A DNA stretch of 64,000 bases from Malacoraja senta (Eukaryota). The stretch covers positions 932,001-996,000 of the forward strand of contig CM075995.1 of assembly GCA_038087875.1 (NCBI GenBank), written 5' to 3'. Each line of letters begins with the position of its first letter. Position 1 is the stretch's first letter. The notes beneath the pieces are model-generated. The model had not been told where the DNA came from. It saw only the letters and a list, made by a program, of their open reading frames with translations, and ran no database searches. The position numbers were made by a program, and so were the translations under genes. This document shows positions 1-47,118 of this stretch, piece by piece.

Positions 1-1361
1 ATGCAGACATACACCTCTACCAGACTCCAAAATCCATCAGCCGGAATTGAGCACATCACAAATATGTGTCATATTCAATTACTGAATCGAAGCAGGCTTT
101 TGTTTTTAAAGATGCGGATTTTTAAACATTGGTAGCATTCATTATTGAGCTTATTATTATTTTTAATGCTTCTGATGAGCACGCTATTCAAAAAACTAGA
201 AGAAACTTAAATGAAAAGATAAAATTAACCAGCTGACCTTGCCAGGCTTCCGCAAAACATGTGATTGACAAATGTTCTGATTTCAACAGTTTAATGGTGC
301 AATGGAGCTTTATTTGTCACACATGCAACTGCACAGTGAAATTCTTTTTGCATATATTACACATGCTGGTGCCGCTAATTTTGACGCCATTATTCAAAGT
401 CCAAAGTCCGGTCGGCCCACGTGTTCATTGTACTGGAGCAGTTCCTGCGAGCCGACATCCGTCTATGCTCCTCGCCCGGCCATCTTTGTGTCCTGGGGGG
501 ACGCGTCATGCAGTCTACTTGAAGGTGCTGGAGGCATCACCCCGGTTCATCCTCCTATTGGCCCGTGCTCCTTGCATCTGGCATCTCCAGCTCCCTCACG
601 GTGACACCGACCGACGAGACATCGGGCGGGTTCCCGGTGCAGCCATCCAACAAGCCATCATGCGAGGTCCCAGTCCCGTCGACCGATGAGCCTTTAGGTG
701 GGTTCTCAGTCCAGCTCTCCGACGAGCCTTCCAGCTGGGCACCAAGGCAACATAAAGTGTAGATGGAGTCAATGGAAAGGTGGTTGTTTCAGCTATATGA
801 GAAGTTATGACTTCAGGTCCATGTGTACTGACAGTCAATTACCCCATTGTACATTTCATAGCAAGAAATTATTACTGGTTATTATTGTACTTTTTTGGAG
901 ACATTTACCAAAATGTCACTCATCCGATGTCTCTAGAAATGTTTTGCTTCCGATCCGAGATGATGCAAAGCGAGTTCTTAGACTCACTTAGTTCTTAGAC
1001 ATGTGAGTTCTTAGACATGAGCTGATTTGTATGTATATGAGATTCATTGATCCGTACCCTGGATTAGTTAACCTTGATTATATTTATAAGATGTTTCATT
1101 TAATAATCTTAACATCATATTCTTGCCTGTGACGCCATTTTGTTTCAATTGTCTTCCTCAGCTAAGCTTGAGATTTAATAGTTTAATGAAGTTAATGACA
1201 TTCATGATACGTGTGGCATACTATGTTTCTTTGTCCAGTATTTCAACAAATCCAGTTATTCACATGCAACCAATATTAAATAATTGGCAGGAATTCCTTT
1301 AATTACTGTGAACAAATGGAGAATACTTCTGCTCGTTATACACCAACCAACTCTTCCACAA

Positions 1362-1897
1362 CATAGAAACATAGAAAATAGGTGCAGGAGGAGGCCATTC
1401 GGCCCTTCGAGCCAGCACCGCCATTCATTGTGATCATGGTTGATCATCCACAATCAGTAAACCATGCCTGCCTTCTCTCCATACCCCTTGATTCCACTAG
1501 CCCCTAGAGCTCTATCTAACTCTCTTTAAATTCATCCAGTGAATTGACCTCCACTGCCTTCTGTGGCAGAGAAATCCACAAATTCACAACTCTCCGGGTG
1601 AAAACATTTTTTTTTCATGTCAGTTTTAAATGACCTCCCCTTTATTCTTAGACTGTGGCCTCTGGTTCTGGACTCCTCCAACATTGGGAACATTTTTCCT
1701 GCATCTAGCTTGTCCAGTCCTTTTATAATTTTATATGTTTCTATAAGATTCCCTCTCATCCTTCAAAATTCCAGTGAATACAAGTCCAGTCTTTCCAATC
1801 TTTCCTCATATGACAGTCCCGCCATCCCGGGAATTAACCTTGTGAACCCACGCTTCACTCCCTCAATAGCAAGGATATCCTTCCTCAAATTAGGAGA
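1362..1897 (-). mobile_element. CR1 LINE 3' fragment
   Basis: LIETYKIIKGLD..SRTRGHSLRI; (ATGTTTCT)n tail. Confidence 0.9.
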
Positions 1898-2535
1898 AAT
1901 CAACCTTAGAATCATAGTCATAGAGAGAGCAATGTACAGCAAAGAAATGAGCCCATCGGCCAACCTTGTCTCTGCTTTTGAATATCTCCACTAATCCCAT
2001 TTGTCCACATTAGGACCATATCCTTTGATGCCTTGCCTATTTAAATGTCTGTTTAAATCTCCTTTAAAGGTAGCAATTGTATTTGACTTCTCTGGCAGCA
2101 TGTTGCATACGTCAACCACTCTCTGTTTAAAAAACATTCTCCCCTGTTTAAGAAACTTTCTCCACATTTCACCTTTAAAACTCCTTCGTCTCACATTAAA
2201 CCTTTAAAACTTTTTGTCAGATCACTTAACAACCCAGCGCTATGAAAACACAGATGATAATTCTCATTTTAAATCTCTTCTTCCCAGCTGTTTGCCAGCT
2301 GCTATCAGGCAACTGAACCATCTGACCTCAACAAGAGAGCATTCCTGAATTTCTATCTACCTCATGGAAGACCATCGGACTATGTGATCGGGCTTTACCT
2401 TGCACTAAACGTTATTCCCTTATCTTGTATCTGTACATTGTGAATGGCTCGATTGTAATCATGTATTGGCTTTCTGCTGACTGGTTAGCATGCAACAAAA
2501 GTTTTTCACTGTACCTAGGTACATGAGATAATAAT

Positions 2536-2822
2536 AGCCCTGTCCCACAGTACGAGTTCATTCCAAGAGCTCTCCCGAGTGTAAAAAAAATCAAACTCAT
2601 GGTAAGCACGGAGAATGAACATAGTGGGTACGTCGGAGCACGGGAACGTCTCTTAGCGGCTCGTAATGCTAACGGGAAGACTCGTGAAGATTTTTCAACA
2701 CGTTGAAAAATGTCCACGAGAGCCCCGAGTACCGACGAGTGGCCATTACCGTAAATCTCCGAGTTCGAATCAGGGCAAACTCGGGAGAACTCTTGGAATG
2801 AACTCGTACCGTGGGACAGGGT
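2536..2822. mobile_element. PIF/Harbinger-type MITE
   Basis: Long imperfect TIRs CCCTGTCCCAC.GTACGAGTTCATTCCAAGAG...; inserted in a Rex1-type LINE tail. Confidence 0.8.
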
Positions 2823-2913
2823 ACGAGTTTTAAGTTAAACTAAACTGAAACTAAACTATCTTATCTGATCAACTCAGTTGCTGGTTTGCTTCTTTATTAT
2901 TTAACACTCTTAC

Positions 2914-37685
<34,772 letters not shown>

Positions 37686-37984
37686 CTAAAAAAAATTAAA
37701 AGAATATACATTTATAAACTGACACACACTGGTGTCTGAAAATTACTAATAAGAGCAGCTGAAGAAGACTCTCGACCCGAAACGTGACCTATTCCTTCGC
37801 TCCATTGATGCTGCCTCACCCGCTGAGTTTCTCCAGCATTTTTGTCTACCTTCGATTTAAACCAGCATCTGCAGTTCTTTCTTAAACAATAAGAACAGCT
37901 CCATTGTTTGAGATTACTGAACAGCAATGCATGGAGTGGTGGATATTTCCTAATCATTTCCATGCTGTCTGTAGTTACTGCTTG

Positions 37985-38325
37985 GACTTTAGACTCTGGA
38001 CTTTAGTGTTTAGTCTTCACTTTAGACTATAGAGATACAGCATGGAAGCAGGCCCTTCAGACCACCGAGTCCATGCCAACCAGCGACCACACCATACACA
38101 AGCACCATCCCACACACTAGGGCTCAATTTACAATTTTACAGAAGCCAATTAACTTATATGCCTGTACCTCTTTGGAGTGTGGGAGGAAACCGGAGCACA
38201 TGGAGAAAACCCATGTGGTCACAGGGAGAACATACAAACTCCATACAGACAGCACCCATAGTCAGGATCGAACCCGGGTCTCTGGCGCTGAAAAGCAGCA
38301 ACTCTACCATTGCGCCTCTGCTCCG
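37985..38325 (-). mobile_element. tRNA-derived SINE
   Basis: Same family, (AAAGTCT)-type tail. Confidence 0.85.
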
Positions 38326-38542
38326 ACTTAGTGAATTCCACACATAACTACACTGAGAAAATGGATCAAATTAGAATCTCACTAGTATAACCAATACTTA
38401 AGGCTTACGTATACCACATCATAAAGCAAAGTGACTGTTCATCAAAGAGCGAGAGATTAATTATTATGGTTTACAATATGTATTTGGCTCAGGACAACCT
38501 GCAAGTACATGTCTGCCGAAGAATCAATTTTTTCGTAATCTG

Positions 38543-38774
38543 TAGGAAAGAACTGCAGATGCTGGTTTAAACCAAAGATAGACATAGAATGCTGGAGTAA
38601 CTCAGCGGGACAGCAGCATCTCTGGAGAGAAGGAATGGGTGACTATTCGGATCAAGACCCTTCTTCAGACTGGCCAGTCTGAAGAAGGGTCTCGACCCGA
38701 AACGTCATCCATTCCTTCTCTCCAGAGATGCTGTCTGTCCCGTTGAGTTACTCCAGCATTTTATGTCTATCTTT
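38543..38774. mobile_element. Palindromic Penelope-derived mini-element (inverted pLTR pair)
   Basis: Fold-back centred on CAGACTGGCCAGTCTG; same sequence as the pLTR of the GIY-YIG insert at 20980-21075. Confidence 0.8.
38679..38706 (+). ncRNA. Minimal hammerhead ribozyme-like core in a Penelope pLTR
   Basis: CTGAAGA-A-GGGTC-TC-GACCC-GAAAC-GTC: CUGANGA box, stem II, GAAA box, palindromic ACGT stem III and a GUC triplet; stem I is weak. Confidence 0.55.
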
Positions 38775-39277
38775 TGTGTGAACCACCATTAGCATTTCCT
38801 CAGCTACTGTCAATGCCATCAGCAGGAATATGTGAAGGGCTGGAATTGCATTGGGGAGAAATAGAGTAACAGTCATCAAATATGATCATAACAACTCAAA
38901 AATAAATTGTCTCCTGTTTCAATCTTCTTGACTCATGTTCTTATTCCTGAAAAACTGAAAGTACCTTGCAACCATGCTGGGCATGAATGTGATGTAACAT
39001 GTAATCAAGTTTCAAATGTATCGTTGAGCATGTAGTTTGTATTTAATAATTAACATAGCACTTTTTTTACTGCAAAAGCAAGAGTTTGAGGTATAATTTG
39101 GTACTGCATAATGCCAACTCAGAAGATGCCAGCTTTGTCTAAGTGAAATCCACTAAATAAAAGCCTCCTTCATGAAATAAGTATTCCCAGAACTGTGTTA
39201 CGATGTGCTGCAATCTATGTTTCTATTTATAATGAAAGGTATTTGACCTGAAACATGAACTGTTTTCTCTTTCCATA

Positions 39278-39521
39278 GGGCAGCACGATGGTGTAGCGGT
39301 AGTTGAGTTGCTGCCTTACAGCGTTTGCAGCGCCAGAGACCCAGGGTTGATCCCAAATACGGGTGCTGTCTGTACGAAGTTTGTACGTTCTTCCCATGAC
39401 CTTGTGGGTTTTCTCAATGTAAATTGTCCCTAGTGTGCGTAGGCTTGTGTTAATGTGCGGGGATCGCGGGTCGTTGTGGACTCGGTGTGCCGAAGGCCTG
39501 TTTCCATGGTGTATCTCTAAA
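39278..39521 (+). mobile_element. tRNA-derived SINE with an internal deletion
   Basis: Same family. Confidence 0.82.
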
Positions 39522-40689
39522 TTAAGATGCTGCTTGACTGGCTGAGTTCTTTCAGCATTTCTCATTTTTGTTTCAGATTCCAGCATCTGCAGTCTTATTT
39601 GTTTTCCATTTGTGATTTCTGGCTTAGGGGTTGTCCAATATCAGTAAAGTTTTAAAATTAAGGTACTCAGCAGGGGGAAAATCACTTTCTAGGATGAAGA
39701 AAAATGTAATCATGTCACTTTTGGTCCCCCTGTCAAATTAATTAAAGAATGGAGTTACAATGTGTTGAGGAATCTGTAATGGCACTGAGGAAATCTATTG
39801 TAGGGAAAATATACAAAGAAAAAGGAAATATTCCTGCAAAAAAAAAGCCAATATAATGATAAAGAATGGCATGTGTAATAGTTCAATTCATTTGTTAGCA
39901 GGTTTATCAATTTTATTTTGTTTGCATGCAATTCCCTTGCAATTCACCGTCATCATTTATGCACCAGGGCTAATTGTCACTTGTTTATCAAATAGTTCAG
40001 ATTCCTTTCAGCAGCAGAAAAGCAATATTGTTTGACTGTGAGATTCTCAGGGTCTCCTTCCCGATACACAGGGCCTATGTGGACAGCATTGTAAGACCAT
40101 GCAGATTAATGGCCAGCTCCAGGCAAAGCATTTCATATGTTGTCACTTCATATATACTAGCATTCTCCACAGGGCTTGGGAATTTCTGTTTGTAGAGAAC
40201 AGACGGGTGTTAGCATATTTAGAATCTGTAGACTTCATTTGCGTAAATGTCATTAGAATGCTGAAGTGCTTAGGCTTGGGTTTTTCCTAAGAATTTAACG
40301 CTCAGCTGAGATATTTGCCAACAGTTCTTCATCTGCTCCGTTTACAACCTTTAGTTCTAGGTTGCCTATGTAATACATTTTTGGACCAGTTTCATTGACA
40401 ATTGTTATCCATCTGACCCCATATTTCTCCTGAACTCTGCTAAACAAGGTCTTCCAACCTTGGGATTCTATTTAAGCATCTCTATCATTTTGAGCTCAGA
40501 AAGAGGTTAAACCAAAATGCAATGACATTCCTTCGCTCCATAGATGCTGCCTCACCCGCTGAGTTTCTCCAGCATTTTTGTCAAGTTTCAAATAATCCTT
40601 GTCTGAATGCCAAAACAAATGAAAACACTAGTGGGCAGAGAAGTCTCTAACTTAGAAGATCACTAGATATGACATTTATTGAATGAATT

Positions 40690-41775
40690 GGAACTTGGTC
40701 AGCACTCATCTCTGCTATTGGATCCTCGACTTCCTGACCAACAGACCACAATTAGTGAGGATAGGTGACAAATCATCCTCTATGATATTCCTCAACACTG
40801 TTGCTCCACAAGGATGTGTTCTCAGCCCCCTTCTTTACTCCTTGAAGACCCACACACTGTGCAGCCATGTACAAATCTAACTCAATTTACAAATTCGCAG
40901 ATGACACCACTGTATTGGGCTGGCTATCAAATAACGACAACACTGAGTACAGGACCTTGAGATTGAGAACCTCGTGACCTGGTGTCAAGGCAACAACTTT
41001 TCTAGCAATGTCAGCAAGACAAAGGAGATAGTGATCAAGCGTTACACATATCAATGTTATACATTGACGGCGTCAAAGTAGAGATGGTTGAAAGCTTCAA
41101 GTTCCTAGGAGAAAATATAACCAGCAACTTGTCCTGGACAAGCCATATTGAAGCACTGGCCATGAAAGAACACCAATGTCTCTACTTCCTTAGAATGCTT
41201 AGGAAGTTCTGCATGTCGCCAACCCTCACCGAGTTCTACAAAAGCGTCATAGAAAGCATTTAATCAAGATGCATCACAGCATCTCGCATGGTTTGGGAAC
41301 AGCTCCACCCAAAACTGCAAGAAATTGCAGAGAATTGTGGATGCAGCCCAGACAATCACACAAACCAACCTTCAATTGATTCCATCTACACTCGTGCTGC
41401 CTCGGCAAGGCCACCAGCGTAATCAAGGACCATTCCCCTCTCCAAACAAGCAAGAGGTACAGAGATGTGAAAACACACACCTCCAGATTCAGGGACAGTT
41501 TCTTCACAGCTGTTATCAAGCAACTGAAACACCCTATCAGCAACTAGAGAGCAGTCCTGAGCTACTATCTACCTCATTGGAGATACTTGGACTATCTTTA
41601 ATCAGACTTTACTGCACTTTATTTTGCACTAAACGTTATTCCCTTTATCCTGTAGCTATACACTGTGGATGAATCGATTGCAATCATGTGTGGCCTTTCC
41701 GCTGACTGGATTGCATGTGACTAAAAGCTTTTCACTGCACCTCGGTACACATAACAATAAATTAAACTAAACTAA
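40690..41775 (+). mobile_element. Rex1/Babar-type LINE 3' fragment
   Basis: [39 protein letters not shown]; the tail GCTTTTCACTG..ACAATAAA(CTAAA)n recurs at 2290-2535 and 55065-55325. Confidence 0.85.
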
Positions 41776-41992
41776 AAAAAATGAAGCCAAGAGATCCTTT
41801 TCCCCAGAGGTGCTGTCTGACCCGCTGAGTTACTCCAGGTTTTTGTGTCGAACTCAGCATGAATGTTGATCAGATGCCTCAGTAGTGTTAAAATATTAAG
41901 TTTCCATTTATATTTTTGTTTTTGCTGTACTCTTGCATTCCGTTTGCTTTAAAGCACCGTGTAATCAGCGACTACAGTCTGGATGATCTGAC

Positions 41993-42099
41993 CATTATAT
42001 TGTCCTCTAACGTGTAACCAGCCATGTTGGAGCAGGGCTGTGAGCCTGGCAAGCTGGTACAGATCTGACCACAATTTCCACCAAAACATTCATTGATGT
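41993..42099 (-). pseudogene. Degenerate calcium-binding EGF-like exon (probable pseudoexon) upstream of egf exon 2
   Basis: ctttcag acceptor, then (D)INECFGGNCGQICTSLPGSQPCSNMAGYTLEDNIM. C5 and C6 are missing, the gtcaga donor is out of phase, and read-through hits a stop. Confidence 0.7.
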
Positions 42100-42599
42100 C
42101 TGAAAGATAGAATTTACAACAGTGTGACTATTTGCTGTTATTCTTCCACACAATGCAATGATTAGTCATGTTGCACATGTAAACAGCGTAAAATACTTGG
42201 CTGGAGGATTATTTTGTCTGAACACCTGAACAATGTTTCACACAGTTTGTCTGCAAATTATACTTCATAACATTATATATCAGTGTTGACATCCTTATCT
42301 TGATCATTATCCAGCACGACCTCTTTAAAGATATTTTTATTCAGAGTCATTTAAAACGAAAGACCATATTGGATAGTAAATTTAAGACCATACTTCCTTT
42401 TCTCTGCAACTCAATAAATGACCCGTGAGAATGCATTGTTGCAGGTTGTTTTTGCAAGTGAGATTGCTTGCATGGATCAATTGAAAAGGGGAATAAAATT
42501 ATTTAAAACATATTTTGAGAGTAGCTATTTTTCATTCACCATAATTTCACATTCTCTCATATCCTAATCTGTAAAATGTCCTGAACAGTATACAGTATA

Positions 42600-43372
42600 A
42601 AGTATAAAGTTTCCTTTATTGTCATTCAAACATAGTTTGAACGAAATGCATACCTTGCAGTCATGACAGAAAATAAAATAACAGAACACACAATGAACAC
42701 AGTTTAACATCCACCACAGTGAGTCTACCAGGCACCTCTTCACTGTGATGGAAGGCAAAAGTCTTAAAGTCCTTGTCTCTTCCTTCCTTGTTCTCCCTCT
42801 GCGTTGAGGCGATCCAGGCTTTCGATGTTGGGCCCCCCGCTGGGTGATGGTAAGTCCCGCGGCAGAATCTGAGCTCTGCGAACGGGCCGGTTCAAACTCC
42901 ACGGCCCTGGGCAGTCGAAGCTGCCACCCTCCAGTCCAGTGGACGAAGCTGTTGTTGCAGGAGCTCCGGAGAATCGGTCACCAACCTGGGACCTGCGAGC
43001 TCCCGATGTTGTCGTCAACTGGGCCCGCGGCCGAAGCCTCCGAGGCTCCGAAGTCGCAGAGCCACCACAGCCCCGAAGTCGGCCAGCCTCGCGATGGTGA
43101 GTCCTGGCTGCCTCCGGAGCCTCGGTCGGTCCCAGTTGGAGGTCGCTAGCTCCACAATTAGGCCTCAGCCAGACGGAGACGGAGACGAAGATACAACCAA
43201 GAAAAGGTCGCAACCCCCCGAAGGAAGAGACTAAAACAAGTTTCCTCCACCCCCCACACATACACAACTAAAAATAAACTAAAACATACGTCCAACAGGA
43301 CAAAAGAAAACAAAAAAAAGAAAAGACAGACAAACTGCAGGCGAGCCGCAGCTGCATGGCAGCGCCGCCACT
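42600..43372 (-). mobile_element. Unclassified non-autonomous retroposon family (related copies at about 48470-49180 minus and 61745-62488 plus)
   Basis: Shared T-rich 5' block, GC-rich GGAGCT-repeat middle, CCATCACAGTGA..CACTGTGGTGGATGTT block and AATAAA plus short-repeat tail. Confidence 0.65.
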
Positions 43373-44256
43373 TCTGTGACCTGCCTGTCTGTGTATGATG
43401 GCCTATGTTAGCTCCTTTATTCCTCCAATCATCAATCTTAATTCCTAGTCTCATATTCGTCTCAGTATCTCTGCACTACCTTTCTAAATATCTCTGGAAA
43501 CACTCACCAGGCCAGTCAGCACCTGTGGAAAGAAAGTGGGACCTTTTGCCCATGCAGGAAAAGAGAGGTAACAAGTTAGTTTTCAGTGATACAGGTGAGG
43601 GAGAGATGGGTAGAACAAAGGGAATAAATCTGAATAGAAAGAAACCAAATAAATTAATATGGTAGTTAAAGGCAATCTATACTTTAGTAAAAGACAAACT
43701 GCTGGGGGAACTCAGTGGGTCGACATCTGTGGCGGGAAAGAGCCAGACGACTTTTCGGAAAGGTACCGACATAAAACATCATGCATGGTCTATTGCCCTC
43801 AGCCTGACCAGTTGAGTTCCTCCAGCAGTTTGCTTTCTGCTTGTTTCCTGTATCTGAAGTCTCCTCTGTCAGCAGTTTACTTGTGCTCATAAATTGATAA
43901 GTTTATAAGTTCTAGGAGCAGAATTAGGCCATTTGGCCCATCAAGTCTACCCTGCCATTCAATCATGGCTGATCAATCTTTCCCTCTCAACCCCATTCTC
44001 CTGCCTTCACCCCATAACCCTAATACCCTTACTAATCAAAAATCTGTCAATCCCCACCTTAAAAATATCCATTGACTTGGCCTCCACAGACTTCTGTGGC
44101 AATGAATTCCACAGATTCACCACCCTCTAAAGAAATTCTTTCTCATCTCCTTTCTAAAGGTACGTCCTTTTATTCTGAGGCTATGGCCTCTGATCCTAGA
44201 CTCACCCACTATGTGTTATGTGTTGCTAGCAGTAGGGCCATTGAATATGGGAAGAT

Positions 44257-44577
44257 GGGCGGTCACGGCGGCGCAGCGGTAGAGTTGCTGCCTTACAGCG
44301 AATGCAGCGCCGGAGACCCGAGTTCGACCCCGACGACGGGTGCTGTCTGTACGGAGTATGTACGTTTTCCCCGTGACCTGCATGGGTTTTCTCCGAGATC
44401 TTCGGTTTCCTCCCACACTCCAAAGACGTACAGGTTTGTAGGTTAATTGGCTTGGTAAATGTAAAAATTGTCCCTAGTGTGTGTAGGATAGTGTTAACAT
44501 GTGGGGATCGCTGGTCAGCACGGACCCGGTCGGTCGAAGGGCCTGTTTCCACGCTGTATCTCTAAACTAAACTAAAA
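44257..44577 (+). mobile_element. tRNA-derived SINE
   Basis: Full-length, CpG-rich (young) copy. Confidence 0.9.
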
Positions 44578-45955
44578 TGATACCACTGAACACAAATCAC
44601 GGGTGGGTGAGTGGCACAAATGGTCGGTGGAACATGAGGTGTTGTTCCTCAAACTTGCGTTGGGCCTTGATGTCACAGTGCAGGAGGCACTGATCGACAG
44701 GCAGCATAGGAGGTAGGGGGTGGGATAGAGATAAGTAAGAGGGGGCATAGCTGAACAAATTCCCTCATTCTCTAATCCCTATTCCCTCAGTGGATATATT
44801 TAAGGCAGTGATAGATAGATTCTTGATTAGTACGGGTGTCAGAGGTTATAGGGAGAAGACAGGAGAGAGGTTAGGAAGGAGAGATAGATCAGCCATGATT
44901 GAATGGTATAGACTTGATGGGCCGAATGGCCTAATTTTGCTCCTCTCACTTATGATTCTCACTCTACTCACTTTCCCAAGAGGAAAACAATGGGCACTTG
45001 CATGAGCTCAAGGTATGCTTGTTTTTTGTAGAATAGATGGAACAGTCTTTGTTTCAATCCCACTTGGACACACTCACTCAACACTTTTCCCAATACATCG
45101 GTGTCATTTATTGGTGCTGCTTACTGTACTCATGGAGTAAATGTTATCCTTTTTCCCCAGACAGTTTTCACCTTAGTCTCACCTCCACATGGTCCATTTC
45201 CACCTTTTCCCTTTTTTTATGGAACAATATCACTCTCAGCACATAGGCTGGCATCAAACATCGGAGGTTGAGGGGAGACTTGACAGAAGTATATAAAATA
45301 ATGAGGGGTGTAGATAGGGTAGACAGTCAGAGCCTTTTTTCCAGGGTGGAAACGTCCAACTAGAGGGCACAGCTGTAAGATGAGAGGGGGAAAGTTTAAT
45401 GGAGATGTGAGGGGCACATTTTATACATAGATAGTGGCGGGGGCTTGGAATGCATTGCCAGAGACAGAAATGATAGTGGTGCTTAGGAAGCTTTTACATG
45501 GAAGTGCAGGGAAAAGAAGGATATTGATCAGCTGATGAAATAAGTTTAACGGCATCATCTTTGACACAGACATTGTGGGCCAAATGGCCCGTTCCTGTGT
45601 TGTACTGTTCTATGTTGAATGTTCTAGCCTTTACAAACCCACAGGGTCCCACAGCAATCTTGGTTTCACTTCTTCCCACCCTGCCCCCTTGTAAAGACTC
45701 AATTGCTGTCTCCCAGTTATTCCATCGCTAATGATTTTCTCGACAGGTGAGTCTTTGACCAGTTGCAGGGTGTTCCGTTGCCTGATAATTTAATTTTGCA
45801 CTCCATTTCCAATCGAACCCTTTGGTCTGTGGCTTCCTGCACTGTTACAAAGTGATCCTTCACACGCTTTCCGAACAGCACCACTTCTTCAGCCTAGGCA
45901 CAGAGCAGTCTTCAGAACTCTATTGTCGTGGTGGAGATGCTTGTGTGGTCCTGAG

Positions 45956-47118
45956 CAGGGCCGGCCTTAAGCTGATTGAATCGATTGCTCCCAATTGGGC
46001 CCCGCGCCTAAGGGGGGCCCCGCGCCAGAGTAATCTACTCTCGGCTCAGGTAAATCTACCCCGGGTGGAGGGGAGGAGAGAGGGGTAGAGAGAGTAGAGG
46101 GGTGGAGGGGGAAGAAAGGGATAGACGGGGAGGGGGTGTGAGGAGGAATGGAGAAGAGGGAGGTGGCAGCGCTCCCGCCCCTCCAGTCGCCGTGCTTCAC
46201 GCACACAGCCCCAGCTCCACCCCTCTCTCTCCCCCGGAAGATGCAGTGAACACTACAGGGAGGGCCGGGCTGGGCCTGGGGTTGGAGCAACGTTTACAAA
46301 CCTCTGCCTCAGCTCACACCCGTCCGCCCGGACCCCGGCATCTGCTCCTGCCGCCGGCCCTCTCCCTCCCTTCTCTCCTCCCCTTCTATCCCTCCCTTCC
46401 CATCCCTTCTTCCCTCCCTCCCTTCTCTCCTTCCCTCCCTCCTTCCCCTCTCTCTTTTCCCTTCACTCCTTTCCTCCCTCCCTTCTTTCTCTCCTCCCTC
46501 TCTCTCTTTTCCTTTCTCTCCTTTCCTCCCTCCCTTCTTTCTCTCCTTCCTTCCCTCCATCCTTTCTCTCCTTCCCTCCCTCCCTTCTTTCTCTACTTCC
46601 CTCACTCCCTTCTCTCCTTTCTCCCTTCTCTCCCTCCCTTCCTTCTCTCCTTCCCTCCCACACACACACACACAACGCACAGACAACACACACACACACA
46701 CACACAATTTAAGTTAGGATGGGGCAGAAGCCCAGAATTTAATGCCTGGACCGTTTTTTCACCAATAGTTATTGGTTTTCCAGGATCTAGTTAATTAAAA
46801 CATTTTTTTTTCACTTCACAGTCACTAAAACAGGTGGTATTGTAACTATGTACTTTTCAGAGGTGATCTACACATTTTGATTGTTACTTGCAGGCTTACA
46901 TGTATGCAATTTTATATTAAAATGTAGCTTAGATCTGTTTGGTCCATTAACTCGCAGGCACTTTTCAAGCACACATTTTGATTACTTTCCATTCTACCAT
47001 AGAAATATAAATATTTAACTTTATTTGTAATTCTATGATTCTACAGAGCTTGGCTGGGAACCTGGGGCTCACCAAAATTGTTCCCAATTGGGCCCCGCAC
47101 CTTCTAAGGCCGGCCCTG
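45956..47118. mobile_element. hAT-type non-autonomous DNA transposon
   Basis: Perfect 14-bp TIR CAGGGCCGGCCTTA, subterminal CCCAATTGGGCCCCGC, 8-bp TSD GTCCTGAG at 45948-45955 and 47119-47126. Confidence 0.92.
46360..46706. repeat. Polypyrimidine low-complexity tract plus (CA)n inside the hAT element
   Basis: About 300 nt of almost pure C/T followed by CA repeats. Confidence 0.95.

Noticed and set aside
1..2913. Search for egf exon 13 (RLFWTD-like)
   Set aside because: No matching frame found; it presumably lies beyond the left edge
38965..39000. Minus-strand CAAG|gtac donor after HSCPAWLQ
   Set aside because: No upstream hydrophobic signal sequence seen and the donor is weak
44257..44340. 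tRNA-like A and B boxes in many places
   Set aside because: Heads of SINEs that continue into SINE core and tail; not tRNA genes
46102..46794. 230-aa Pro/Ser/Leu/Phe-rich ORF and its antisense Glu/Arg/Gly ORFs
   Set aside because: Translations of a polypyrimidine tract inside a hAT MITE
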